Positions 50,153 to 58,725 of a DNA stretch of 64,000 nucleotides are shown here, piece after piece. Source of the DNA: an uncultured Acidimicrobiales bacterium (GTDB lineage Bacteria; Actinomycetota; Acidimicrobiia; Acidimicrobiales; VFJN01); contig CAVUBW010000024.1 in the NCBI GenBank assembly GCA_963739835.1, forward strand, positions 386,840-450,839, read 5' to 3'. The first letter of the stretch is position 1; each line of letters starts with the position of its first letter. Under the pieces are notes generated by a model. The model was given only the letters and a program-made list of their open reading frames with translations, made no database searches and was not told the DNA's origin. The translations under genes and the position numbers were made by a program.

Positions 50153-50971
50153 TCATTCGAACCTGAACCTTCGGGCCACGACGTCTTCGGCGACGTCGCG
50201 CAGCAGCCGGTCGTTGCTGAAGGCGTAGGCGCGCATCCGGACCAGTGCCTCGGTCACGCTGATCCCGAGCTGGACGGAGACCGCGCCGGCCGCGTTGTGC
50301 ACGATGTAGTGGAAGTCGGAGTCGTGCTCGAGCTCCTCGGCCATCGCGCCGGGGGGCGCGTTGGCCTGGACGTCCAGCACCCACTGAGCGAGGACATCCG
50401 CCATCACCAATGCGTCGGCATGCTGGTCGTCGGTCAGCGGCCCGGGACCATCGCTGTAGAGGTTCAGGGCGCCGAGCCTCACGGTACCCACCTGCAGCGG
50501 GAACGCGAACAGAGCCCGCACGCCCGCCTCGACCGCCCGTGGCGTGAACGCAAGCCATCGCGTGGTACTCGGATGCGCCAGGTCGGGCTCCAGCACGACC
50601 CGGTCCATATGGTAGGCGTCCACGCACGGACCCTCGCCCAGCGTGAACTGCAACTCCTCGATCAGGTTGCTCACATCGTTCGTAGTACACAGCGAACCCC
50701 GCGGCACCTCGCCCGACATGAGCATCACCCCGGCTCCTGACACACCGATGACGTCGCGGGTGACCTCACACAACCGAGACGAGGACCACCCGCCGTCACC
50801 GTCGGCCGACAGCTCCGCCAGGATCCGCGACAGCCGCTCGCCTGTCACGAGGGCCCTCTGCCAACTCCGGGCGGGCCGACGTGCCTCGTGCCGGCCTGTG
50901 TCCAACGATCCACCGACCGCCTCCTTGGCTCGAGAGGAAGACGTCAGCAGGGTCCGGTCCAACGCAGGCAT
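50153..50971 (-). CDS. GAF plus ANTAR domain RNA-binding regulator (second copy); start uncertain
   Basis: ...LCEVTRDVIGVSGAGVMLMSGEVPRGSLCTTND...GEGPCVDAY...FAFPLQVGTVRLGALNLY (GAF), then ...FHYIVHNAAGAVSVQLGISVTEALVRMRAYAFSNDRLLRDVAEDVV (ANTAR). The track ORF extends to 51208, but that part belongs to another small frame. Confidence 0.8.
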   Translation of the reverse strand: MPALDRTLLTSSSRAKEAVGGSLDTGRHEARRPARSWQRALVTGERLSRILAELSADGDGGWSSSRLCEVTRDVIGVSGAGVMLMSGEVPRGSLCTTNDVSNLIEELQFTLGEGPCVDAYHMDRVVLEPDLAHPSTTRWLAFTPRAVEAGVRALFAFPLQVGTVRLGALNLYSDGPGPLTDDQHADALVMADVLAQWVLDVQANAPPGAMAEELEHDSDFHYIVHNAAGAVSVQLGISVTEALVRMRAYAFSNDRLLRDVAEDVVARRFRFE

Positions 50972-50997
50972 CCGAGATCCGGACAGCAACCTCTGTG

Positions 50998-51208
50998 TCA
51001 CACGATACGCCCTGTCACCACACGATCGCCTCCGAGCCCGGACGACATCGACGGGTCGAGGCCGACATCGGGATCGTCGCAAGCCAGCGTGGGCCGGAAC
51101 AGATCGAGCAGCTCGGCGAGCATCGCCCTCCAGCAGATCCTCCCCCGGCATCACGATGATCGCCCGGGTTTCCTGCTCCACGACGTTGGCTCGCGTGGCC
51201 GTGATCAT
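50998..51208 (-). CDS. small ORF (~69 codons after removing one extra base at 51121), weak STAS-like pattern
   Basis: MITATRANVVEQETRAIIVMPGEDLLEGD then LAELLDLFRPTLACDDPDVGLDPSMSSGLGGDRVVTGRIV. GC3 stays high only if the frame is changed at gat|g|ctc. The ATG overlaps the upstream stop (ATGA). Confidence 0.35.
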
Positions 51209-51960
51209 GAGCGTGACTGTCTCCTGCGCTTGTCTCGCGGCGAACTGGCAGACAGACGATGTCGACCGCGTCCCGGATCGTGGCTGCAGCCCGGCTCGGC
51301 CGCCGTGAAGCGTCGCACGCGGTCGCGACCCGGCGCCCCATCCTGGGGGGCCGCGGCTCGACGCCTGCCTCGGATGGATCTGGCGCCGTTGGGTGCTCCG
51401 ATCAACTCATGGCCGTGGGTGATGGCGATCCTGGCGTGACGTACGAGCCGCGTGGCCTCGGTGATGCCTTCTCGGGTGCTGGGCGGTGCATCGCTTGCGA
51501 CGGCATCGGTCCAGAGCCCGACGAGGAGGCGGTCGACCTGCAAGAGCGCATCTGCGGCCTTCTCGACGATGGGCTCGGCCTCCGAGGAAGAGTCGCTGCT
51601 CGAAGGTTCAAGATTGGGTCGAGACCACGAGCTGTCGCGGGGCTGGGCGGCGAGGGCAGTGTGGCGGAGTCCCCGCACCAGTCCGTCGAGGTCGTCGATG
51701 GCCTGGTCCAGCCGAGCCGAGGCGAGACCTCCGTTCAGGCTCCGAGCGGCCGCCAACGTCAGCGAGACTGAGAAGATGTCCTGAACGACGCGATCGGCAA
51801 GCTGAAGGCAAAGTTGGCAGTCGGCTGGGGCGGGATCTGGCTGTGATTTGGGTGCGGGCGTCGGTGGCTCGATATCGCCGCGACCACGGGCAACCCTCGG
51901 TGTGCGATTCGCAGTCGCCTCTGGAACCGGAGTGCCGCCCGCCGCGGAGGCTGTGGGCAT
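51205..51960 (-). CDS. hypothetical protein with a HisKA_3-type H-box helix lacking the histidine; no ATPase domain
   Basis: MPTASAAGG...CLQLADRVVQDIFSVSLTLAAARSL...DQAIDDLDGLVRGLRHTAL... Compare the NarL-group kinase H-box LHDxVIQxLFAVGLxL. The C-terminal third has poor GC3, so the end is uncertain. Confidence 0.45.
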   Translation of the reverse strand: MPTASAAGGTPVPEATANRTPRVARGRGDIEPPTPAPKSQPDPAPADCQLCLQLADRVVQDIFSVSLTLAAARSLNGGLASARLDQAIDDLDGLVRGLRHTALAAQPRDSSWSRPNLEPSSSDSSSEAEPIVEKAADALLQVDRLLVGLWTDAVASDAPPSTREGITEATRLVRHARIAITHGHELIGAPNGARSIRGRRRAAAPQDGAPGRDRVRRFTAAEPGCSHDPGRGRHRLSASSPRDKRRRQSRS

Positions 51961-52253
51961 CACGCTGTCTCGGTGCGGAGTGCGAAGTCGAGTGTGGCGA
52001 TCGCTCGCTCGGTGGTCTCCGTAGCCCGTTCCGTCGCAGCGCGGAGTACGCGGGCGCGTGCTCGGTGAAGCACCCCGAGGTCGCCACCCACAGACTCCAG
52101 CAACCGGAGGGCAGCAACGTGGGGAGACCAGGCCTCGTCGAGGATCACCCGAACAAGGTGAAGCATCGCGGCATCGGTGCTCGGGCGACGCGGACAAGCC
52201 GTCCGGGGTCCCGAGGTGTCGGGCGAGGGTGCATCGGGGCGTTCTGTCTCCAC
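51960..52253 (-). CDS. small hypothetical protein, first gene of the minus-strand cluster
   Basis: ...MLHLVRVILDEAWSPHVAALRLLESVGGDLGVLHRARARVLRAATERATETTERAIATLDFALRTETA. Its stop overlaps the next ATG (TGATG). Confidence 0.4.
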   Translation of the reverse strand: METERPDAPSPDTSGPRTACPRRPSTDAAMLHLVRVILDEAWSPHVAALRLLESVGGDLGVLHRARARVLRAATERATETTERAIATLDFALRTETA

Positions 52254-52463
52254 GTCGGCGCCTCCTGTGGCGATAGTCGCCGGGGTCCGGAGCGACGTGG
52301 TGTGTCAACACACGAGAAGGTCGCACGGTAGGTGCGCTACCTGCCGCTGCGAAATAGGGTCAGCCCTAAACCTCGGTGGGGGACACCCCCACTCGCTCAC
52401 CCAGATCCGCCCTTCGCGAGGTCGGCCAAGTCGTCTAGAGGGAGAAACAGGGAGGAGTCGGCG

Positions 52464-53156
52464 GTGTCAGAACAGTCGGAGGAGACGACGCGAGTAGCTA
52501 TTGCGAGCGACTACTTCCTCACACGCGAGGGCCTCGCGTGCCTCCTCTCGGGTGTCGACGGTATCGACGTCGTCGCACGGGTCGCGTCCCACGCTGACGT
52601 CGTCGATGCGGTCCGGCGCGATCGGCCAGATGTTGTCGTCGTCGGCATCCGCGCTGGACAAGTAGCGGCGGAGGAGACGCTCGCCGCTGCCGCCCAGCTC
52701 CGTAGCGAGCACCCTGAGGTCGCGATCGTGGTCGTCGCGCTCGAAGGCGACCACTTCGCCATGGAGCTACTACGTCGCGGGTCGTGTGGCAGCGCGTTTC
52801 TGCTCGATGATCGGATCACCGATCTCGACGTTCTCGCGACGGCCATTGCCCAGGCCCGAAGCGGGCAAGTGACGCTCGACTCCGCGGTTGTCGACAGCCT
52901 CGTCCACCGGCGGACAGGTTCGAGGCTCGACGAGCTCACACTCCGGGAACTCGACGTGTTGGCCGAGATGGCGAAAGGGCACTGCAATCGCGTCATCGCG
53001 GAGGATCTGTCGATCTCGACCAAGGCTGTGGAACGGCACGTGACCAGCATCTTTCGCAAGATGCGCGAGTTCGACTCCAAGCGATTCGATCCCCGAGTGG
53101 CGGCGGTCGTCACGTACATCGGTGCCTTTGGATCGGTGCGTGCCCCGGACAGATGA
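52464..53156 (+). CDS. LuxR/NarL-family regulator with a degenerate (pseudo-)receiver domain
   Basis: RBS agggaggag then GTG 52464. The receiver fold aligns with the neighbouring NarL regulator, but DD is SD, the phospho-Asp is Gly (ggc 52644-52646), Thr is Ala and Lys is not conserved. C-terminal HTH: ...LTLRELDVLAEMAKGHCNRVIAEDLSISTKAVERHVTSIFRKM. Confidence 0.8.
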   Translation: MSEQSEETTRVAIASDYFLTREGLACLLSGVDGIDVVARVASHADVVDAVRRDRPDVVVVGIRAGQVAAEETLAAAAQLRSEHPEVAIVVVALEGDHFAMELLRRGSCGSAFLLDDRITDLDVLATAIAQARSGQVTLDSAVVDSLVHRRTGSRLDELTLRELDVLAEMAKGHCNRVIAEDLSISTKAVERHVTSIFRKMREFDSKRFDPRVAAVVTYIGAFGSVRAPDR

Positions 53157-53479
53157 CCGCGTCTTGGCGCACCGACTTGGTGCGCGGCGCGACACTCGAG
53201 CGCCCGGCAGGCCGAGTCGCCGCCGCGGTGTGCGACGTCGCGCTCGCGGCGCCGCTGGACGGTACGGTGGAGATCGGCGGTCCCGAACCATTGCGGTTCG
53301 AGGACTTCGTCCGGGAGGGGTTGCGTGCCGTGGGGGACCGCCGCACGGTGGTCGCCGATCCCCGAGCCCGGTACTTCGGCGGCCGCCTGAGCGAGCGCAC
53401 CCTCGTGCCGGGCAACGGCGCCCGGCTCGCGGCGACCCCATACGACGACTGGCTCAGTCAGCGGGCACAAGGGAGCTGA
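53153..53479 (+). pseudogene. NmrA/SDR-like NAD(P)-binding protein, C-terminal third only
   Basis: ...LAAPLDGTVEIGGPEPLRFEDFVREGLRAVGDRRTVVADPRARYFGGRLSERTLVPG...TPYDDWL. The Rossmann N-terminus is absent. Confidence 0.55.
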
Positions 53480-53861
53480 CCCAGCGGCATCGATCCGCCG
53501 GACGAGACACGGTGCGGGCGGATGATGACGGCCAGCGGTGCGGCTCCATTGCGGCTGTACTTCGAATGGCGCCCCTAGGTTCGGTCCGGCCGCCGGGGTT
53601 GCCCGAGACCGACGGAGTCATGCCGAGACAGGGAACACGCCACCCAACTCGCCGGCTTGCCAATCAGCTTGCCAATCGACTTTCGCGGGCAGACGCCTGC
53701 AGGCGATGTCGCCGGCGCAGTTCACGCATCGTCTGCCCCGCTCAGCGCTTGGAAGCGGAGTTCCCAGCACCTTGCCAAGGTGGCGACACGGCTTCGGATC
53801 CCGTTGGGAGTGCCCATGCGGGGAAGCATCATGCTGCGACCAACCAGGCCTGCCAGGGGTC

Positions 53862-53910
53862 GCGTGTACTCAGGGTTTGTGTCGCCCCTCCGACACGAAC
53901 CCCAAGAGCC
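53862..53910. repeat. attR-like junction with dyad symmetry
   Basis: gcgtgtactcagggtttgtgtcg-cccctc-cgacacgaaccccaagagcc. The left arm matches the reverse complement of 48691-48713 at 21 of 23 positions. Confidence 0.6.
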
Positions 53911-53985
53911 GCTCGTGCTCCCGCTCGACCTCCGCGATCCAGGTCGCCATCACGGCGATGTTGGCCCTCGGCGACCGCGTGTGGA
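53905..53985 (-). pseudogene. second, tiny remnant of a related serine recombinase 3' region
   Basis: The minus strand encodes ...ANIAVMATWIAEVEREHERL, paralogous to DANITVVATWIAEVERERRRI of the first remnant. DNA similarity to 48930-48970 is visible by eye. Confidence 0.55.
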
Positions 53986-54010
53986 GAAACTCGGGACCCG
54001 GGAGTCAGGG

Positions 54011-54676
54011 TTACGGCGTGCTGCGGGGCGCGACCAGGCCTGATTCGTAGGCGAGCACGACGAGCTGGGCGCGGTCGCGGGCGTGGAGCTTGGTCATGGC
54101 CCGGCTGACATGGGTCTTGGCGGTCGTGGGGCTGATGACCATGCGGGCGGCGATCTCGTCGTTGCTCAGCCCGCGGGCGACGAGGGCCACGACCTCGCGC
54201 TCGCGGTCGGTGAGCTCCTCCAGAGCGTCGGCGACCCGGCGGTCGGGTGGCCGGGACACGTACTCGCTGATGAGCCTGCGGGTGATCGCCGACGCGAGCA
54301 GAGCGTCGCCCCGGGCGGCGACCCTGACCGCATGCAGCAGGTCGACGGGCTCGATGTCCTTGACCAGGAACCCGCTGGCGCCGGCGCGCAGTGCGTTGAA
54401 GACGTGCTCGTCGAAGCCGTAGTTGGTGAGGATGACCACGTGCACACCGGCCAGGCGCGGGTCGGCCGCGATGCGCCGGGTGGCCTCGATGCCGTCCAGG
54501 ATCGGCATCTGTACGTCCATGAGTGCGACGTCGGGCACATGCTCGACCGCCAGGGCGACCCCCTCGTCTCCGTCCGCGGCTTCGGCCACGACCTCGATGT
54601 CGTCCTCGGCGTCGAGCAGGGCGCGGAAGCCGCCGCGGATCAGCGGCTGGTCGTCGGCGAGCAGGACCCGGATCAC
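54011..54676 (-). CDS. NarL/LuxR-family response regulator (canonical receiver)
   Basis: VIRVLLADDQPLIRGGFRALL...PDVALMDVQMPILDGIEA...VVILTNYGFDEH...GASGFLVKD...LTDREREVVALVARGLSNDEIAARMVISPTTAKTHVSRAMTKL. GTGA overlap with the kinase gene. Confidence 0.9.
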   Translation of the reverse strand: MIRVLLADDQPLIRGGFRALLDAEDDIEVVAEAADGDEGVALAVEHVPDVALMDVQMPILDGIEATRRIAADPRLAGVHVVILTNYGFDEHVFNALRAGASGFLVKDIEPVDLLHAVRVAARGDALLASAITRRLISEYVSRPPDRRVADALEELTDREREVVALVARGLSNDEIAARMVISPTTAKTHVSRAMTKLHARDRAQLVVLAYESGLVAPRSTP

Positions 54677-55848
54677 GAGGCCGCGCTGGTCCCGTTCCCG
54701 GCGGCCGGGAGCTCGGCCCGCACGGTGAAACCGCCCTCGGGCCGCGGTGCGGCGCGCAAGCGGCCGCCGAGGGTCGTGACCCGCTCCCGCATGCCGATGA
54801 GCCCCGTCCCGGGAACCGGTGCTGCCGTGGGGGTGGCCAGCCCGTCGTCCTCGATCTGCACCGCCAGACCGTCGGGGCGGTAGTCGAGTCGGACCGACAC
54901 GGTGGCCGGTCGCCTGGCGTGACGGCCGACGTTGGTGAGCGCCTCCTGGACGATCCGGTACGCGGCTCGATCGACCTCCGCCGGCAGCGAGCGCTCGTCT
55001 CCACTGACGGTGACCGTGGCGGGAACGCCTGCAGCCCGGGCCCGCTCGACCAGCTCGTCCAGCCGGTCGAGCCCGCTGCCTGGCGAGTCGTCGCCGGCGG
55101 CGTCCGCGATCCCGGTCCGCAGCACGTCGAGGGTGGCGCGCAGCTCGCGGGTGGCGTCGCGGCTCGCCTCCTGGATGGCGAGGAGCGCCTCGGGCACCTC
55201 GTCGCCTCGCTTGCGGGCCAGGTGAACGGCCACGCCGGCCTGCACTTTGATGACCGAGATGCTGTGGGTGAGCGAGTCGTGCAGCTCCCGCGCGATCCGC
55301 AACCGCTCGTCGGCGGCCCGTCGCCGGGCGGTCTCCTCCCGCGTGCGCTCGGCCTCGGCCGCCCGCTCCTCGGCCGCCCGGACCGCCGCTTCCCGCTGCC
55401 GGGACACCTCGGCGGTGACGCCGGCGGCCACGATCCACCCAAGGGGCAACCGCCGCTCCATGAGATCACGCACCGTCTCGCCGGCCGCAGGGCTGGCCGT
55501 CAGCGCGCCGACGACCACGGCGCACCCGGTGACCGCAGCCGTGAGCGCGGGGTGACCGGCCCGCACTGCGGTGTAGACCGCGACCAGCACCGGGACCGCG
55601 GTGACCTCGGGATAGTCACGCAGCTGGTAGCCGAGCACGCACGCCAGCACGACCAGCAACACCGCCACCGGCGCACGCCGGCGCAGGAACAGGACCAGCG
55701 CCGAGGCCACGAGCAGCAGGTACCCGAATGCATCGAGGGCGTTCGCGCCCGCCTTCCCATGGGGCGCAGCCACCACGAGGAACGCGGCCGAGCCCAGCGC
55801 CCACGCCGCGTCCCGCCAATCAGAGCGCCAACGACGACCAGGCTCCAT
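54673..55848 (-). CDS. sensor histidine kinase, HisKA_3 plus HATPase_c (NarX/DesK type), membrane N-terminus
   Basis: MEPGRRWRSDWRD..., about 4 TM, ...ADERLRIARELHDSLTHSISVIKVQAG (H-box)...AYRIVQEALTNVGRHA (N-box)...DDGLA...GTGLIGMRERV. Confidence 0.88.
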   Translation of the reverse strand: MEPGRRWRSDWRDAAWALGSAAFLVVAAPHGKAGANALDAFGYLLLVASALVLFLRRRAPVAVLLVVLACVLGYQLRDYPEVTAVPVLVAVYTAVRAGHPALTAAVTGCAVVVGALTASPAAGETVRDLMERRLPLGWIVAAGVTAEVSRQREAAVRAAEERAAEAERTREETARRRAADERLRIARELHDSLTHSISVIKVQAGVAVHLARKRGDEVPEALLAIQEASRDATRELRATLDVLRTGIADAAGDDSPGSGLDRLDELVERARAAGVPATVTVSGDERSLPAEVDRAAYRIVQEALTNVGRHARRPATVSVRLDYRPDGLAVQIEDDGLATPTAAPVPGTGLIGMRERVTTLGGRLRAAPRPEGGFTVRAELPAAGNGTSAAS

Positions 55849-56126
55849 GCAACCGAGCGTAGGGGCAGCGTGCCGGCCTTCACATCCTCCCCGGGAAGGC
55901 ATCTCGCACTACTACCAGCGATGTAGGTACGGCCCGACTGCATCCCACGCAGGATGTGCAAGAGCCTTCCCAGGGCCGACGACAGGCACCCGCCGGGCCG
56001 TCACCATGCGTCCCATGACCCTGCGAACTGCTCTCGACACCCGCATGACCACCCGGCCGGCGACCGCCCCGCTCACGGTCGGCGACGCGTGGGAGGTGGC
56101 GTGATGCTCCGCAGACTCGTGACCTG

Positions 56127-57143
56127 ATGGGGGAGGGCTTCGGGCCGGGTGCGAACGGCCCATTGCTGGTCGCCGTCGACCTCGGGAACGGGGCGGCCGC
56201 CACCGACGCCGGGTCGGCGGCCCGGACCGTCGACCGCATCGTGGGCGATCTGCAGGCCACCGACGGTGTCGCCGCGGTGTCGCCTCCAGCGCTCAACGAC
56301 GCCGGCGACGCCGCGGTGCTCAAGGTCCTCCCCACGACGGGTCCACAGGACGAGGCCACCGAGAGCCTCGTGCACACGCTGCGCGACCGGGTGCTGCCGG
56401 GCGCGGTCGCCGGCACCGGGGCCGAGGCGTCGGTGGGCGGCACCACCGCCACGTTCATCGACGACAGTGAGGACACCGCCAGCCGGCTGCCGCTGTTCAT
56501 CGGCGGGGTCGTCGTCCTGTCATTCCTGCTGCTGATGTCGGTGTTCCGCTCACTGACGGTCGCGGTCAAGGCGGCGGTCATGAACCTGCTGTCGATCGGC
56601 GCGGCCTACGGCGTCATGGCGCTGGCCGCCGGTGGCGGCTGGGTCGGCCACCTCCTCGGCATCGAGGACGCCACGCCCGTGCCCGCCTGGCTGCCGATGA
56701 TGATGTTCGCCGTCCTCTTCGGACTGTCGATGGACTACGAGGTGTTCCTCCTGTCCCGCGTCCGCGAGGAGTACCTGCGGACCCGGGACAACCGCCGTGC
56801 CGTGGCCGACGGGCTGGCGAGCACCGCCCGGGTGATCACCGCGGCGGCGGCGATCATGGTGACGGTGTTCGGCGCCTTCGTGATGGAGGACGCCGTGTTC
56901 CTCAAGCTGGTCGGCATCGGCCTCGCGACCGCCGTCTTCGTCGACGCCACCGTCGTCCGCATGGTGCTGGTGCCCTCGACGATGGAGCTGCTCGGGGACC
57001 GCAACTGGTGGCTGCCCCGGTGGCTCGACCGGCTGCTGCCCCACGTCGACGCCGAGGGCGAGCCGGCGATCCCCCTCCCCGAGCCGGCCGCCACCGCCGG
57101 CTCATGGACCGACGCCGATCGGGAGTCCGTGCCCGTGCCATGA
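56127..57143 (+). pseudogene. MMPL-family RND transporter, C-terminal half only
   Basis: MGEGFGPGANGPLLVAVDL...LPLFIGGVVVLSFLLLMSVFRSLTVAVKAAVMNLLSIGAAYGVMAL...FGLSMDYEVFLLSRVREEY...VVRMVLVPSTMELLGDRNWWLPRWLDR. There is no first transmembrane or periplasmic half upstream. Confidence 0.75.
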
Positions 57144-57214
57144 CCGGCCGAGCCGCCGGTTCGCCACCCGCAGGAACGCGTTCCCCTTCGCCCGACACCA
57201 GGAGGTGCCACGCG

Positions 57215-57703
57215 GTGGCAGATACCCTCATCCTCGACGGCCGGGACATCGGGCGGGCTCAGCGGGCCACCTCGGCCATCTTCGGCGCCGTGCTCGCCGA
57301 GCACGGCACCACGTTCGACCAGTGGGTCGTGTTGGACGCCCTGGCCACCGGAGCCTTCCCGCCCGAGCGGGCGAGGCTCGTCCCCGGCCTCGCCGGTGCG
57401 CTCCCGACCGGACCGGCCGCGGTCGAGGCCCTGCTCGACCAGGCGGAGGCGGCCGGGCTGGCCCGGATCGTGTCGGCGCCCGGCGGCGACCCCGACGCCT
57501 TCAGGGTCGAGCTGACCGCCGCCGGCCGGGTGCAGCACGGCATGCTCCGGTCGGCTATCGGCTACGTCGCCGACGAGCTGTACTCGGGCATCCCCGAGGC
57601 CGACCTGGCGGCCGCCCACCGCGTGCTGGTCGAAGTCACTTGGCGCGCCGACGGCTGGATGAACCTGTGGGCGGCGGCCACCCGCCCGGCGGAGTACGCC
57701 TGA
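57215..57703 (+). CDS. MarR-family winged-helix regulator (weak)
   Basis: RBS aggagg then GTG 57215. ...AIFGAVLAEHGTTFDQWVVLDALAT...AAVEALLDQAEAAGLARIVS...FRVELTAAGR... Confidence 0.55.
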   Translation: MADTLILDGRDIGRAQRATSAIFGAVLAEHGTTFDQWVVLDALATGAFPPERARLVPGLAGALPTGPAAVEALLDQAEAAGLARIVSAPGGDPDAFRVELTAAGRVQHGMLRSAIGYVADELYSGIPEADLAAAHRVLVEVTWRADGWMNLWAAATRPAEYA

Positions 57704-58131
57704 TGAGCACCGCCGCAGCGCCCGTTGCCCCTCTCCCGCCGCCGGCGGGCCGCGCCCCCGCCCGGACGTGGACGGTGTTCGCCACGGTGCTGACCTGGGC
57801 CGTGTTCCTCCAGGCCGTCACCGCCGGGCGCATCCTCACCGGCGACGAGTGGGCGCGCGACGTCCACCGCATCGCCGCCGGGCTGCTGGTCGTCGTGGCG
57901 GTCGTGGGCGGCCTCGTCGCGCTCGTCCGCCTACGCGACCGCGCCGGGGGCGGGCGGTTCGGGTTGTCGCTCGTCGTGATGGGCGTCGCCCTGCTCGTGC
58001 AGCACGGCCTCGGCACCGCGGCGGCCGATGGCCGGGACACCCTGTGGATCCACGTCCCGCTCGGCGTGGCGCTCGTCGCCCTGATGACGCGCGTCGACAT
58101 GCTCGCCCGTCGCCTTGGCGGACCGACGTGA
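57703..58131 (+). CDS. small integral membrane protein (4 TM), hypothetical
   Basis: TGATG overlap with the MarR-like gene. MSTAAAPVAPLPPP...WTVFATVLTWAVFLQAVTAGRIL...HRIAAGLLVVVAVVGGLVALV...FGLSLVVMGVALLVQHGL... Confidence 0.55.
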   Translation: MSTAAAPVAPLPPPAGRAPARTWTVFATVLTWAVFLQAVTAGRILTGDEWARDVHRIAAGLLVVVAVVGGLVALVRLRDRAGGGRFGLSLVVMGVALLVQHGLGTAAADGRDTLWIHVPLGVALVALMTRVDMLARRLGGPT

Positions 58132-58725
58132 GCGCCTGCGTGAGCCCCGGGCGGCGGGTGTGCGCCTCGGCCGCCGGGATGCGGACCGTGCTCCTCTCGC
58201 CGCGTGCGGCGACGACGCCTCCGACGACGGCGCGGCCCTCGGCGCCGAGAGTGGTGGCGCCCCGGCGCCCGCCGACCCGGGTGCGCCTCGCCCGGCCAAC
58301 CAGCGACGGTTGCCTCCCTCCGACGGCGGCTCGAAGCCGCGGTCGACGACAACAAGCGGCTGCGCCAACGTGTCATCGACCTCGAAGCCCGCCTCGCCGC
58401 TGTTTACGGCGAGCTACGAGCACGCCAGGCGCCGGCGCCCAGCAGGTGTCCATGGCCGTCGTAGTGGGCGCGCAAGGCTGGGTGGCGCCCTACCAACACC
58501 TCACCCTTGACAGCCCCTAGGAGCATCGTTTGGTGACATCACTCAAGACGGATTAGGTGCGCGTTCTGGGTACGCGCTCACCCGGGCTCGATGAGCGGAT
58601 CGGCGAATAGGGCGCGCGAAGCGGGTGGCGGCGCTCGGAAGCAGTCCTCACACGACGGGCTGCTCAATCGCGGCCTCGGTGCTGAAGTGCAGTCCGTCCC
58701 CCTATCTGTTGGCTGGCCCGCGCGC

